DNA of 64,000 bases from Octopus vulgaris (GCA_951406725.2 OX597835.1:3844001-3908000), one strand, 5' to 3'; shown: positions 43,359 to 59,148, counted from the stretch's first letter. Notes: generated from the letters alone by a model not told the origin. A program made the numbers and translations.

Positions 43359-44104
43359 CAGACACGCACACACACATACATATATATACATACACACACC
43401 CACACACTTATATACATATTTATATATATGTGTGTGTGTGTGTTGTTTCGTGCGTTCATATACGTATATCTATATGGTTTCGCGTGGCATGTGATTTTGC
43501 GGGCATAAATATGTATGCATTTATGTGTGCACGTATGTGCGTGTATACATATGTATGTGTGTGTGTGTGTATGTTTGCGTGAGTGTATGTGTGTGTCTGT
43601 GTGTGTGTGTGTGCATGGGTGTGTTTGTGTTTGCGTGTGTGTGTGCGTTCATTGAAATGGATTCAATCTAAATGAGCTACAGTAAATTTACTTTTCAATA
43701 TAACATACACGTCCACACTTGGAAACTTTTATGTATTTTGAACGATTCATGTATATTGACACCTACGTATACAAATGTGTGTGTGTGTGTGTGTTTGTAT
43801 ACGATGATATCTCATTGATCCGTGGCTCTACGTGTAAGAGGTTAGCAGCTTCGAGCAGTCGGCGCCAGATATAAAAAAAACTTTTCAGGATCTTATAATA
43901 GTTTATTGACGTAGAAAGTTGTAGGCTTTTCTCGTATCGAACCAAGTTCAATTGGCTGAAAAAAAAAAAATTTTTTTTATAGTTCTCGGTTAGCAACAAA
44001 GGTTGCTATGCATTGCGAATTGAGGGAACGGAGCAGGTAAAAATCCAGGCTACACACGTTTCCGAGCTGGGTGATCCTCAGAATGATTGCTGCTGAGGAA
44101 AAGA

Positions 44105-44264
44105 AATACATACAGACAGACAGACAGACAAACAGATAGATAGGTAGATAGATAGATAAATAGATAAATAGAGAGATAGAGAGATAGAAAGATAGATAGA
44201 TAAATAGATAGATAGATAATAGATAGATAGATAGAGAGAGAGATAGAAAGATAGATAGATAGAT

Positions 44265-44341
<77 letters not shown>

Positions 44342-44342
44342 C
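44105..44342. repeat. (GACA)n/(GATA)n microsatellite
   Basis: Direct reading. Confidence 0.95.
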
Positions 44343-44541
44343 ATGTTTACACATATACATTTGTGTATCTTTGCGTGTGTGTTAGGAAGAGAAAGAGAGA
44401 AAAAGAGTGAAAGTCAGTATTATGTAGGCAAGTATGTGTGTATGCGTAAGTATTTGTAGCTAAGTATGTGTGTGTTTGTATATATGTATACATATGCATA
44501 CACACATACACACATACATACATATATGTATAATTATATAG

Positions 44542-44778
44542 TGTTGTTTGTTCGTTCTCGGGCCATGCCAAGCCCATAAGGGCCGGTTTCCTGGCGTATA
44601 GGCTCTCCACAAGGACGAGACGCCGGTCCGTCGAGGTTGAGCTCCTCGATGCAGAAGGAAAGAGGAAAGAGTCAACAGAAGTGGCGCTTAAAAAACACAC
44701 ATCGCCCGGACTGAGAATCGAACCCGCGATCTCTCGACACGAGCGTGCTGCTCTAACCAATAGGTCACGTGCCTCCAC
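44542..44778 (-). mobile_element. tRNA-derived SINE, family D-related
   Basis: Head gtggaggcacgtgacctattggttagagc..gggttcgattctcagtccgggcg as in 19285-19611. Confidence 0.7.
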
Positions 44779-45240
44779 CTATAATTAAATATTACATGCA
44801 TTTATTTATATGCATATATAATGTGCGTATATATTTATACATCAATAATATGTTTATTTATATGTAGATATATATATATATATAAATAAAAGCATATATA
44901 CGTTAAATATATATATATATAAATCTATATACATATGTGTGTGTGTGTATCATGCATGTATGTATATATTTATACATATGTATATTGATAATGTATGTAT
45001 TTATTTATTTTTATTGATATACACACAACAATGTATGTAAATATTTCCATTTATATACTCACAATTTATTAATTTATTTAAAAGTACATACATTTGATAT
45101 ATGTATGTTTATATTTATACACACACACACGCACGCACACGCACACACACATATATATATATATATATACATATGTGTTTGTGTGTGAGTGTATGCATAT
45201 GTATACACGCACACACATATTATTTAATGCTAAATATCTG

Positions 45241-45752
<512 letters not shown>

Positions 45753-45827
45753 TATATATATATGTAAGTATATGTATATATAACTTAGAGTATATATATA
45801 TGTATATATAGAGAGAGAGAGCATGTA

Positions 45828-45892
<65 letters not shown>

Positions 45893-46443
45893 CATATGGC
45901 TAATAGTGAGGGATTATCCATCCGGTGAAAATACTTCATAAGTTCTCTGTTGCACACCAGACTAACAGTATCCTTTGGATTAGTGAAGAACTCCAAGCAT
46001 TCTTATGGCAGGGTCTGAACATATGATCCATTACTATTTTATATCGTAAATCCTTGGTTGGGCTCCAGTAAAACTGGTTTTTCACACACAGTGACATATT
46101 TGGCTTACAGCTGTATCAAGTAGTCATTACAGGTACATTGCTGATAGGTTTCCACAATGGATCTGTTGGTCAGTTGAGAAAAATTCTCCGACCGATTAAT
46201 GTTACTTCTATCAGAGCCATTAATTTCTTTTAGGGCGTCCAATCTTCTCAACTGAACAATAGACCAATTAAGTAAAACTATCATCAACTAAACCTATAAT
46301 GAGTACTGGAAACAGGTGTAAGCGAAATTTACTTTAATAAAGAAAAATATATAACGACCATTATTTATACATTATCTTATACATACATACATACATACAT
46401 ACATACATACATACATACATACAAACATACATACATACATACA

Positions 46444-46524
<81 letters not shown>

Positions 46525-46732
46525 TCTGACCACAGAGAAAAGATTGTTCTTATATGGGGGCTACCTCTAGCATAATGGATGTCCACTTAGTGGTCATCCC
46601 TCTTACATGTATGTAATATAATTTTTTCTGAATCTTCAGATTTTTCAATATGCTTGGCTGCTAGTTTTAAATTGATATTAATCAAATTAATATTCAATTT
46701 TTCACCCTTATTATATAAATTTATATATATAC

Positions 46733-46774
<42 letters not shown>

Positions 46775-46782
46775 ATAGATAA

Positions 46783-46833
<51 letters not shown>

Positions 46834-46948
46834 TAGATACACACACACACACATATATAAATACATATATATACATATATATACATATATATACACATAA
46901 ATACATATATATACATATATATACATATATATACACATATACATATGA

Positions 46949-46980
<32 letters not shown>

Positions 46981-47248
46981 AATGTATGTATATATGTGTG
47001 TATGTATGTACGTATGTATGTATATATGTGTGTATGTATTGGTCAGTAGTTCATATATCTGAAAAAGAAGCACTACTCTAAAACATTAGAATATTAATAT
47101 TCAGAAAGCTGTTTGTTAATAGCTGGTCAGAGAGTGACCATTGGTTATGCTGCTACATAGCTGTAATAGGCGACTTGTCAGATTCAAATAGCCACCGGCC
47201 ATTTCCCTATGACGAGACGCCTATATGTATAATGTGTGTGTGTGTGTG

Positions 47249-47413
<165 letters not shown>

Positions 47414-47542
47414 TATTTAATAGAAGTAACAGAGTGACTCAAGGTCCAAGTGTCACTCTGTAACTTGTAATAATTTTTAAAAAAATACACATATACTCAT
47501 ATTTTGTGTTCAACTTTTCCTGTTTGCATTAACATATCAACA

Positions 47543-47593
47543 GCGGTGCTCCAGCATGGTCGCAATGATTGAAACAAGTAAAAGAATAAAAGA
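47543..47593 (+). mobile_element. SINE family A extreme 3' fragment
   Basis: gcggtgctccagcatggtcgca..gaaacaagtaaaagaataaaag. Confidence 0.7.
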
Positions 47594-47619
47594 ATATATT
47601 TACACATACATACATATAG

Positions 47620-47654
<35 letters not shown>

Positions 47655-47996
47655 TATATATATATATATATTATTCAAAGGAATTCCAACTCTGTCTTTT
47701 TTTATGTTTTATTTATATTCTTTATAATATTAATGTAGAATATAGACTATGTAGTATAAATAATATATATATATATATGTATAGAATATATATATATATA
47801 TATATATATGTATAGAATATATAGATAATAATAATATATTTATAGTATTGATATATAGTATAAATAATATATATATAGAAATGAAGTATTGATTGATTGA
47901 ATATGAAATATTGAATATCAAATATTAAGGGTCTAGTATACTTTCTTGCATTTAAGCAGTCTTGAAGGTCCCAGGTTGTGACAGGAAAGTTTCAAC

Positions 47997-48053
<57 letters not shown>

Positions 48054-48334
48054 AAAATAAACATGCACGTGCGTGTGTGAATATACATCAATACATGTTT
48101 GTGCATTACCTGAACCGTTTTCTTTATCTATGTTAATGCTCTCCTTCAAATTGTAACAATTTTAGAAATTTATTTAACGCAAGGAAATAGACATGACATA
48201 TTCCTGTACAATATCTGTGCGTTTGTGTGTGTATCATATAGTTTTAATTGTATCTGTTATATAATGACAAATTACAATAGATTTAGATTATATATATATA
48301 TGTATATACACATGTATTTATATATACATATATG

Positions 48335-48809
<475 letters not shown>

Positions 48810-49130
48810 CGTATATATATTACACGCAAACTGGTATATCTACCTACATATATAATATCGATACATAGATGTATAATGTGAGTGCGTGCGTGCGCGTGTG
48901 TAGGGTCTAGGGTCGCCTAAAAGTCACTAAGGGGTTACAATCTTTGATAATTCTTTTATTTTTTTTTACCTATTTTTTTCCTTTTCGGAAGTTTCATGGA
49001 CTAGCCCCTGGAAATTAATCATGGGAAAATTATGGCACAGAAGAACGCACCTAAATGGTGAAATTCTTCTATCAAAATTAGGGTTCAGTTATTCAAACCC
49101 AGAAAGCCCCAAAGAGAATTGCACTCCATA

Positions 49131-49270
49131 AAGTTTCGGCCTTGTAACCCATCATCTGATGATGTTTGCCCGACGATGGCTTAACCGGCCGAAAATTCGA
49201 AGTCACTGTCAGTAATATTTGTTGTTTTAGAATAATAATGTGTACTTTACAAAAGTATAGAGTAACCCAT
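49131..49270 (+). mobile_element. Family H3 copy with inverted HHR-like pair
   Basis: CCGACGA-U-GGC-uuaaccg-GCC-GAAAauucgaaGUC-acugu at 49170-49209; degenerate inverted copy 49131-49159. Confidence 0.6.
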
Positions 49271-49334
49271 GAGATGAATGTAAAATTGGGCTTTTTTTTC
49301 TAACTGAACATAAAAACGAACAGTAACACACAAA

Positions 49335-49438
49335 TACACACACACACACACATACATACATACATACATACATACATTCAGGCATACATACATACATACA
49401 TACATACATACATACATACATTACATACATTACATACA

Positions 49439-49469
<31 letters not shown>

Positions 49470-49505
49470 CATTACATACATACATACATACATACATTAC
49501 ATACA

Positions 49506-49536
<31 letters not shown>

Positions 49537-49969
49537 CATACACACATACATACACACATACATACATACATACATACATACATACATACATTCCTACATA
49601 CATACATACATACATACATACATACATACATACATACATACATACATACATACATACATACATACATACATACATACATACATACATACATACATACATA
49701 CATACATACATACATACATACAAACATACATACATACATACATTCATACATACATACATACATACATACATACATACATACATACATACATACATACATA
49801 CATACATTCATACACACATACATACATACATACATACATACATACACACATACATACATACATACATACATACACACATACATACATACATACATACATA
49901 CACACATACATACATACATACATACATACATACATACATACATACATTCTCATACATACATACATACAT

Positions 49970-50002
<33 letters not shown>

Positions 50003-50038
50003 TACATACATACATACATACATACATACATACATACA

Positions 50039-50069
<31 letters not shown>

Positions 50070-50165
50070 CATTCATACATACATACATACATACATACAT
50101 ACATACATACATACATTCATACATACATACATACATACATACATACATACATACATTCATACATA
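49335..50165. repeat. ~830-bp (TACA)n array
   Basis: Direct reading. Confidence 0.95.
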
Positions 50166-51048
50166 TATACATATGGAACACCTGTAATTAAAGTGATTTT
50201 CACTAAAATATATTTCACATAAATATTAAAAGTATAAATATTTGTTTCTTGTGAAAATATGACATTGTACACACACACACACACTCTCTCATTCTCTCTG
50301 TCTCTCTTTTTCTCTCTCTCTCTCTCTCTTTCTCTCTCCCTCTCTCTCATATAATTATTTATTTAAAAAACCACACAGGGTTTACATTAAAAAATCATTC
50401 TGGACATCACATGACAAATAGAATGTGGGGTTACATTTAACTAGTATACACAATGAAAAACAATCGATTATTACAACAAAATTTCCCCCAAAAAGGGGAC
50501 GTTCTAGGACTGCACGTGGAAACCCCACAAGTGTACGACAGTCCTGACCGCCAGGGTAACCACATCCTACATTTTTGTATGTTTCGTTCGTGATTAGTAT
50601 TTCCTATAACATGATATATAGACGTGACACAGACGCACCAACTTATATATGCATGTGTATGTATGTATGTATGTATGTATGTATGTATGTATGTATGTAT
50701 GTATGTATGTATGTATGTATGTATGTGTATGTATGTATGTGTGTGTGTGTGTGTGTGTGTGCGTGTGTGTGTGTTTGTTTGTAAACTGAAGGTTAGTTAA
50801 AACTTTTTAGTAGAGGACATATTTATTTAACTTTAACAGAGGCCTCCCATTTTAAATCTGCCGGGAGTGTGTGTACGTGTGTGTGTATGTGTGTGTGTGT
50901 GTGTGTATTTATAACACATACTTTTGCTGTTGTTATATGAGAGTAAAAGAAGATCTGTGTGTGTATACAGATGTGTATCATAAACTAGAAATCACACGAT
51001 TTCTAGTGAAATCATGTGTGTGTGTGTGTTTGTGTGTATATAGAAAGC

Positions 51049-51113
<65 letters not shown>

Positions 51114-51395
51114 ATATGTATGTATATATATATATGTATGTGTGTATGTGTATGTATGTATGTGTGTGCGTATTGATGTTTTCGGTATTTGTATACGTGA
51201 GTGGAAGGAAATATATTTGTGGCTACAGATGTGCATCATAAACACGGGGTATATATATTTAATATATTTAAAACTCGATCCCATATACGTTTCACTACCG
51301 AAATTTTATTATAGGATATATATTTTCTGAAATGGGATATACACTCGTACAATAAAATATATGACATGTAATGAAATTTAGAAGATATATATATA

Positions 51396-51495
<100 letters not shown>

Positions 51496-51568
51496 TGAGT
51501 GTGTGTGTGTGTGTATTTGATCATGTGCGATATGACATTTAATATATCATCATAATATATTGTTTAAT

Positions 51569-51599
<31 letters not shown>

Positions 51600-51680
51600 G
51601 TGTATATATATATGTATGTATATGTATTTATGTAAGTATGTATGCATTTATGTAAGTATGTATGCATGTATGTATGTATG

Positions 51681-51712
<32 letters not shown>

Positions 51713-52141
51713 TGTATGTATGTATGTACGTATGTAAGTATGTATGTAGTAGATATATCGCTTACATATATCCTTATAAATTATTTCCTTATTACATATT
51801 AGCTGACTATGAAACAGATAAAATTCTGGCTGTTACTTATATTAGAACCAGTCCGATAGATTAAACAAAGATGGATACACAAATAGCTCTTTCCCTCCTC
51901 CCGATCCGATGACTCGATTTCAAAAATTCATTTCCACGTTTTACATACGCATTCTCACGGGCGAAAGGAAAACACCCTACTTACATACATACGCACACAC
52001 GCCCGTACACACACACACACACACACATACACATAGAGGCAGGAACACACACACATACACACACTGACAACACACATACGCGCACGCATACGCACGCATA
52101 CGCACGCATGCATACACTTACGCACGCACGCACACGCACAA

Positions 52142-52245
52142 CCGACGATGGGTGCGCTGGTGGAAACTTCGAAATCACTGTCGATGATATTCTTGTTTGA
52201 GAATAATAAATTTTGTACTCTACAAAAGTACAGAGTAAGCCATTA
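52142..52245 (+). mobile_element. Family H3 copy (degenerate HHR)
   Basis: ccgacgatggg..gaaacttcgaaatcactgtc..gaataataa..tacaaaagta matches 49170-49265. Confidence 0.6.
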
Positions 52246-52261
52246 TACATATATACGTACA

Positions 52262-52360
<99 letters not shown>

Positions 52361-52408
52361 ATATGTGCGTGTGTATGTATATATGTATGTGTATATGTAT
52401 ATATATAT

Positions 52409-52640
52409 CTTTTATCCTTTTTGTTTCAGTCATTTGACTGCGGCCATGCGGGAGCACCGCCTTTTAGTCGAACAAATCGAACCCAGGACTTATTCTTTGT
52501 GAGCCTAGCACTTATTCTATCGGTAACTTTTGCAGAACCGCTAAGTTACGGGGGTGTAAACACACCAGCATCGGTTGCTCCAGCATGGCCACAGTCAAAT
52601 GACTGAAACAAGTGAAAGAGTAAATGAGAGTAAAAGAGTA
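52409..52640. mobile_element. SINE family A fold-back (two 3' ends, tails outward)
   Basis: Minus-strand 3' part 52409-52576 joined to plus-strand 3' end 52576-52640. Confidence 0.8.
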
Positions 52641-53294
52641 ATCATGGTTCTATTCCGCATATTTCCCCTCTCAGATTCACTCACTCGTTGCAGTGGTCCT
52701 TTAGTTTTTCTAAGCCCTGTAAAAAGGACGAGGACGGTTGGGCCTCCAACCAGGACTTTCACGACAGCCTTAAAGTCCAGGAACCTCCCAGTCCCCTCTC
52801 GTACACACACACACAATACATGCATATATTATACAGGCAGAAAGATAGACAGACAAACGAACAGATAGATGGATCCCGGTTCAAATTTTCGATCAGGAGT
52901 GTTCGATTCTCTTAACTAAGCTTCTTTCTTGAATTAACGTGTATATGGCTGAGTATTCAGCAGACACGTGTGCCACTTCAATGTACTTCTCGAATAGAAT
53001 CAGCTTGACCACAGCATCTGACCAGGTTGGAGCTTTTCATTACAGAGACCGTCGATGGAATTGCACACCGTCTCATTCGCAAAGTAACGATCAACTCGAC
53101 TCTAGAAGTAAAATGTCTGTAACTCAACGGAAACGAAACTTGAACCTCATGATTGCCAACTTCTTGACCATTCGGCCATCCTACGTTTACATTTGAAAGA
53201 ATAGCTTAATTTTCGGCGTCCAAAACACACACAAAACGAAGCAGTGGACCAAATCAGAGAAAACCTGCAAGTTCCCAGTGGCAATTATTCAACC

Positions 53295-53780
53295 AAGGTG
53301 TCCCAAAATGTAAACACATTCTAACAGCCGATAACTTACTTAATTTTCATTTCATCTTAGATTTAATCCATTAAAAATAATGAAGAGAGCCAAGCTAAGC
53401 TTTGAAGAAAGGAAATTTATCTTAAAGCGCTGCTGGACGAAGATGTCTGTCGAATACCCACCGCGCTTACCGGACCTCACATCACTACATCTTTCTTTCT
53501 TTTAATGGAAATACTTAAAAGATAAAGTTGACTGTGCAAAACTAGCAACAGTCAAGAAATCAAGGACAACCATTGAACGCAAATACGTACAAATGCGGAA
53601 CGAAATGTTTCTTGATGTTTGCGATTCCATTGCTTCGCATTATTGGTTGGGAAACAGGCATTGGTTGCAAAGAAATTAAATTCTGTCTGGGGATTCTATT
53701 ATTTTGGAAATGAAACGTATTTTGATAAATACTAACTTATTAACTGTTCAATGTGTATAAACAATATTTATTTTTGCGCA
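53295..53780 (+). mobile_element. Internally deleted Tc1/mariner element
   Basis: MKRAKLSFEERKFILKRCW joined to SVEYPPRLPDLTSL..WKYLKDKV (WPPRSPDL..WGYLKDKV motif). Confidence 0.7.
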
Positions 53781-53807
53781 GGTGGGAGTAGGCATCTTAT
53801 ATGTGTA

Positions 53808-53863
<56 letters not shown>

Positions 53864-53867
<4 letters not shown>

Positions 53868-53978
53868 TCCAACTGCGTGGCACCTTGGGCAAGTGTCTTC
53901 TTCTATAGCCTCGGGCCGACCAAAGCCTTGTGAGTGGATTTGGTAGACGGAAACTGAAAGAAGCCCGTCGCATATATG

Positions 53979-54036
<58 letters not shown>

Positions 54037-54251
54037 TGTGTATATGTTTGTGTGTCTGTGTTTGTCCACCCAACATCGCTTAACAACTGATGCTGGTGTG
54101 TTTACGTCCCCGTAACTTAGCGGTTCGGCAAAAAAGACCGATAGAATAAGTACTAGGCTTATAAAGAATAAGTCCTGAGGTCGATTAGCTCGACTAAAGG
54201 CGGTGCTCCAGCATGGCCGCAGTCAAATGACTGAAGCAAGTAAAAAAGAGA

Positions 54252-54253
<2 letters not shown>
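53864..54253 (+). mobile_element. SINE family A lacking the first ~55 nt
   Basis: Matches 7641-8138 from tcagtcc onward. Confidence 0.9.
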
Positions 54254-54288
<35 letters not shown>

Positions 54289-54647
54289 TAATCTTTCGAC
54301 TTAACTGGCAATCGATCTGCCGTTCTATGTATCTAACTCATTCCCCAGCTACCTATATGTATGTCGTCTTTCTAACCTGCCCACCCGTCCACCCGTTCCA
54401 GGTGATTATATTTAAGAGGCGTATCACAGCACAGCATGAGATTTTGCTAATGACTATATCAATCATTAATGCATCGCTGACAATGTCTGCTGGTTCCAAT
54501 CAAAGAGAGAGAGAAAGACAGAGAGAAAGGGAGAAAGAGAGAGAGAGAGAGAGAGAGAGAAAGAAAGAGAGAGAGAGAGAGAGAAAGTGAGAGCGAGAGA
54601 GTTTTATTTTACCAAACCATATTTTATTTATTCAATTCTTCTATTTA

Positions 54648-54773
54648 TGATCATCATCGTCGTCATCATCATCATCATCATCATCACCACCACCACCACA
54701 CCACCATCATCATCATCACCATCATCATCATCTACATCATCATCATCTACATCATCATCAGCATCATCATCAG

Positions 54774-54829
<56 letters not shown>

Positions 54830-54995
54830 CCACCACCACCACCACCACCACCATCATCATCACCATCATCATCATCTACATCATCATCACCACCACCATC
54901 ATCATCATCATCATCATTATCATCATCATCATCATCACCACCACCACCACCACCACCATCATCATCGTCATCATCATCATCATCATGATCATCAT
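54648..54995. repeat. (CAT)n/(CAC)n microsatellite
   Basis: Direct reading. Confidence 0.95.
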
Positions 54996-55394
54996 CTCTC
55001 CCTCCTTTTTTTCCTAATAAAACTCCCTGTTTAAGAGGCAGAATAACTATTTATTTCCGACACCTTAATTTTTTTTTATTTCGTAGTTTACACCCCAACT
55101 TTTTTGTTTCTTTTTCTTTTTTAATTTCCTTTAATTATATCCCTTTTTGTAAGAAAAGAAGTTGAAATTCTGAACTCAGCCATCATATATATGTCTACAT
55201 GTGTGTGTGTGTGTGTGTCTGTGTGTGTGTGTGCGTGTGCGTGCGTGTTAGGCGGAACATGCCTATCGCAGCTCTACGATAATTTGACCCTTATTTTAGT
55301 GTTGAGTTCTAGCCTCACCCACCCAGTTACACACACACATATCAATGAATGTTCTGTTGTTATTCTTTGAAAGAAACCAAAAATTGATATTTAT

Positions 55395-55436
<42 letters not shown>

Positions 55437-55560
55437 ATATATATTTCGCTTTGGCGTTGTGGTATTAATAACCTGCTGTAGAACTCAATATACGTATACT
55501 TCAGAACGAAGCATTAGCAGAGTACAGAACGGTAATAAAGAAAGAGACAACAAAGGAATA

Positions 55561-55717
55561 AACTATTATCGTATGAACTTCATTTACCTTACAGCTGTTT
55601 CTGCTATAAGGTGTTACTTAAGCACACAGCTATGGGTCCACTGCACCCTGCAACAGAAACAGTTCTAAGCTAATGAAGTTCATAAGATAATAGGTTACTC
55701 CTATGTCATCTTGCTTT

Positions 55718-55720
<3 letters not shown>
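55561..55720. mobile_element. PLE-like inverted-repeat element, family H5
   Basis: Arms 55561-55603 and 55654-55696 carry GAAACAGCTGTAAG (HHR 3' half); tail ends in (TA)n; relatives at 58842-58965, 32640-32680, 2658-2735. Confidence 0.55.
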
Positions 55721-55766
<46 letters not shown>

Positions 55767-55769
<3 letters not shown>

Positions 55770-56056
55770 TTTTTACTGTCCTGTTTTTGTTATCAACTTT
55801 GATCCTCCCCAAATCCCAAATTTATTTTATTTTATTTGCTTTGCGAGAGCAACTGTTTTGGCGAAGGCACATCTTGTCGTAAATGCTTGAAATGTGGAGT
55901 AGATAAAACAGCCGACAACTGATGAAGGATCGTTCTTTATGTTGCTTGTCTTGTTTTCTATTTGTTTCTTTTGTTGTTCGCAAAAAAAGCTCGTATTCCA
56001 TGTTTTCGTATTTCGTATTTCATGTTGTTTACGTTCTATGATGTCCTGTATCCATA
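55767..56056 (+). mobile_element. Microsatellite-flanked repeat, family H6
   Basis: Homologous to 58130-58415; contains gacaaCTGATGAagg..ttgtc hairpin. Confidence 0.6.
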
Positions 56057-56120
56057 TATGCATGTGTATATACATATATATGTATGTAAATATATGTATG
56101 TAAATATATGTATGTATACA

Positions 56121-56177
<57 letters not shown>

Positions 56178-56182
<5 letters not shown>

Positions 56183-56340
56183 ATCCAAACAAGAAAGCAC
56201 AAAAAAAACACAACAATGCGAGGACGTGGAACAAATATAGTATTATTGGACGCTCAAGAAAGAAGGAAAGAAGGAGGGTTTAACGTTTCGAGCGGAGCTC
56301 TTCGTCGGAAACATAGGAGAAGGAAAAATCCAGAGAAGAT
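56178..56340 (-). mobile_element. Family H1 copy with identical HHR-like motif at 56278-56312
   Basis: gtttaacgtttcgagcggagctcttcgtcggaaac is the exact reverse complement of 3014-3048. Confidence 0.75.
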
Positions 56341-56487
56341 ATAGGGTTCCCTAAAGAGCGCCGAATTTGAACTGGATAACATTTTTGTGTCTTGAAATTT
56401 GAAGGTATGTTTTTATCCTGTTTGCTGTCTCTCTTCGTTTCGATTTATAGTTTTTTGTTTGTTTTTTTAGAACAGTGTGCTGTGTGT

Positions 56488-56835
56488 CACGGAGCAGTTT
56501 AGAAGTGAGCAACGGGTTCTCATCGTGAAGACATTTTACCAAAACGGAGAAAATGCGACGCAAACAGCTCGAACACTTCATGCCATTTTGGGGGGAGAAA
56601 TGAAGCACCCAACAAGTCTACGGTTCGCAGACTAAAGACCAAGTTTAAAACGATTGGTTCAGTTGCAACGCTCAAATCGCCTGGGCGGAATCGTACTCGT
56701 CGGACAGAGCAACAGATTACTGTTGTGCAAGACAGTGTCACTCTGAGTCCGGGAAAATTGATTTGCTGGACGTTCGCAGCAGTTGGGCATCCCGACCACT
56801 ACATCACATCGAATTTTGCATAAAGATCTCCACTG
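56488..56835 (+). pseudogene. Tc1/mariner transposase N-terminal HTH region (DUF4817-like), decayed
   Basis: EQFRSEQRVLIVKTFYQNGENATQT..APNKSTVRRLKTKFKTIGSV..PGRNRTRRTE..SQQLGI..HRILHKDLH. Confidence 0.8.
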
Positions 56836-56927
56836 AACTAACTCCTGCAAGGATCTAATCACAATTGAGTTTGGATTGAATAACTCATGAGTTTTGAGAA
56901 GATATTAAAATCCTTCAGAATGGTGGT

Positions 56928-57055
56928 ACCTATTTACAGCCATGTGGACGGAGTCAATGGCAAATACGTGCTTTGGCCATTGAAAAACACTGCAATGACC
57001 AGGGTGGGATATGAACGTCGGCCCTTTCGGTTCCCAGTCGATTAGTCCACTAGAG
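56928..57055 (-). mobile_element. Old CORE-like SINE remnant
   Basis: acctatttacagc..tggac..cactgcaatgaccagg..gaac resembles the family E head and core. Confidence 0.35.
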
Positions 57056-58129
57056 CATCGTGGGAAAGTGTCCGATGCCTTTGTAGCAGATTCCTGTATT
57101 TCTGACAGGGATGTGTAGGGAGGAGAATGGGGTGACGGTGTTGGTAGTGTTGGTGGTGGTGGTGGTGAATGGACAAACAGATGTCGTTGTTCAAGTATTT
57201 CGAAACGTTGTCCTTCTTTCTTTCTTTCCAACCAATTATGAATTTCAAGTCGACCTTCAGCCGTTCACATCAGAAACCCCTGACACGCTTACGTCACAGT
57301 TTTATGACGTTACGTTTACACACACACATTCTCTCTCGTGTTTCTCTCCTTCTCATTCTACCCCCTCTCTCTATTTCTTTCTTTCTTTCTCTCTCATTTT
57401 TGCGTCAAATGCGAAACGATGACACACACACAGATCTCTAACAAGATAGCCTTTTCCCTGGCACAATTCACTGAATCTCGTAATTACAGCTGTTAGCTCT
57501 CAAGTTTTGTCTATTTCTTTATTGTCCAAGGTGTCAGACCAGCACTGGCTACTTAATCATGTCCACTAGCTTAGCATACATTTCTTCAAACTTGACCTCA
57601 CACTCTTGTCTTTCTCACGACCTCTTTACAGTGGACTGTAAAGCCATTTCAAACTCTTTCAGAATTGTTTTGTCACGAGGCCTATCACGATGCAAACAGT
57701 AGCGAGTTCAAATCTTGCAGAAGTCGATTCACTCCTTTCTCTATCTCACTGTTGTTGTTGATGCCACAGCCTGCTAACCAATACACACACACACACACAC
57801 ACACACAACACACACACGTACGCACACATAAATAATGGAAACTGGAGACAAACGCTCAAGATGTTAGCGTTTGTCTCCATTTTCTATTATTCTGATGTTC
57901 TCCAAAACACGTCTCCTTTCTCTCCGGAATTAACTTCCATGCAAGTGTGATCACTAATTTCTAGGACGCTTATGTGACATCTGGTTACCTTGTAATTGTT
58001 CCTCTGGATTTTTCCTATAAATTAAACATTTATATATATATATAACACATGCTTATACCTTCTCCTCTCATAAGCTCGTCCTCCTAGCATTCATAATAAT
58101 TTCTCTATCGTCTTGGCTTAACAACCCTC

Positions 58130-58415
58130 ACCGTTTGTTCTCACTGTCCTGTTCTTTCAACCTCCGCAAAAATCCCAGGTTTTATTTAATTTGCTTTACG
58201 GGAAGGACTGTTTCAACGAAGTCGCGTATTGTCCATGCCTTCGTAACGCGGAGTAGATGAAACAGAGACAACTGATGAAGGGGAATATTCTTTACGTTGC
58301 ATGTCTCGTTTCTCTGTTTGTTTTTTTTCGTTGTTCGAAAACAAAGTTCGTTTCTATGTTTTTGTTTCTGATTGTGTTCAACGTTTTTTTTTATGTCCTG
58401 TACCCATAGATGCAT
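58130..58415 (+). mobile_element. Family H6 copy
   Basis: Homologous to 55767-56056. Confidence 0.6.
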
Positions 58416-58553
58416 GTATATATACATATATATCTAGGTATGCACATATATGTATGCATATATTTATATATTTATATATTATTTATATTATATATACATA
58501 TATATATACAAATATATATATATACACATATATATATACATATACATATATAC

Positions 58554-58598
<45 letters not shown>

Positions 58599-58717
58599 TA
58601 TATTTATTTATATATATATATACATATATATATGTACATATATATATATATACATATATACATATACAAACATATATATATATATACATATATATATATG
58701 TATATATATATATAGAC

Positions 58718-58779
<62 letters not shown>

Positions 58780-58841
58780 AAAGGCATTGCCAATGCATAA
58801 ATGTAATTCCTTTTCCAAATAAACTGCAGTTCATATTCGAG

Positions 58842-58965
58842 GCTCCGATCAAGCTATAAGATGTTACTCAACTATGAGTTCGTTGCATCTCATATCCGAA
58901 ACAGCCGTAAGCTAATGGAATTCATAAGATAATCGTTCATTCCGTTGTAATCTCATTTTGTTATT
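58842..58965 (+). mobile_element. Family H5 copy with degenerate long-stem-II HHR
   Basis: GCU-CCGAUCA..(46 nt)..GAAA-CAGCC-GUA-AGC. Confidence 0.45.
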
Positions 58966-58968
58966 CCC

Positions 58969-59148
58969 TGGATGGATGGATGGATGGATGGATGGATGGA
59001 TGGATGGATGGATGGATGGATGGATGGATGGATGGATGGATGGATGGATGGATGGATGGACGGACGGACGGACGGACGGATGGACGGATGGACGGACGGA
59101 CGGACGGACGGACGGACGGACGGACGGACGGACGGACGGACGGACGAC
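58969..59148. repeat. (GGAT)n to (GGAC)n microsatellite
   Basis: Direct reading. Confidence 0.95.

Noticed and set aside
44050-44085. Minus-strand CUGAGGA..GAAACGUGUGUA
   Set aside because: No stem I or stem II pairing
57171-57213. ggac..cGAAACGUUgucc as an HHR
   Set aside because: No recognisable CUGANGA core or stem II
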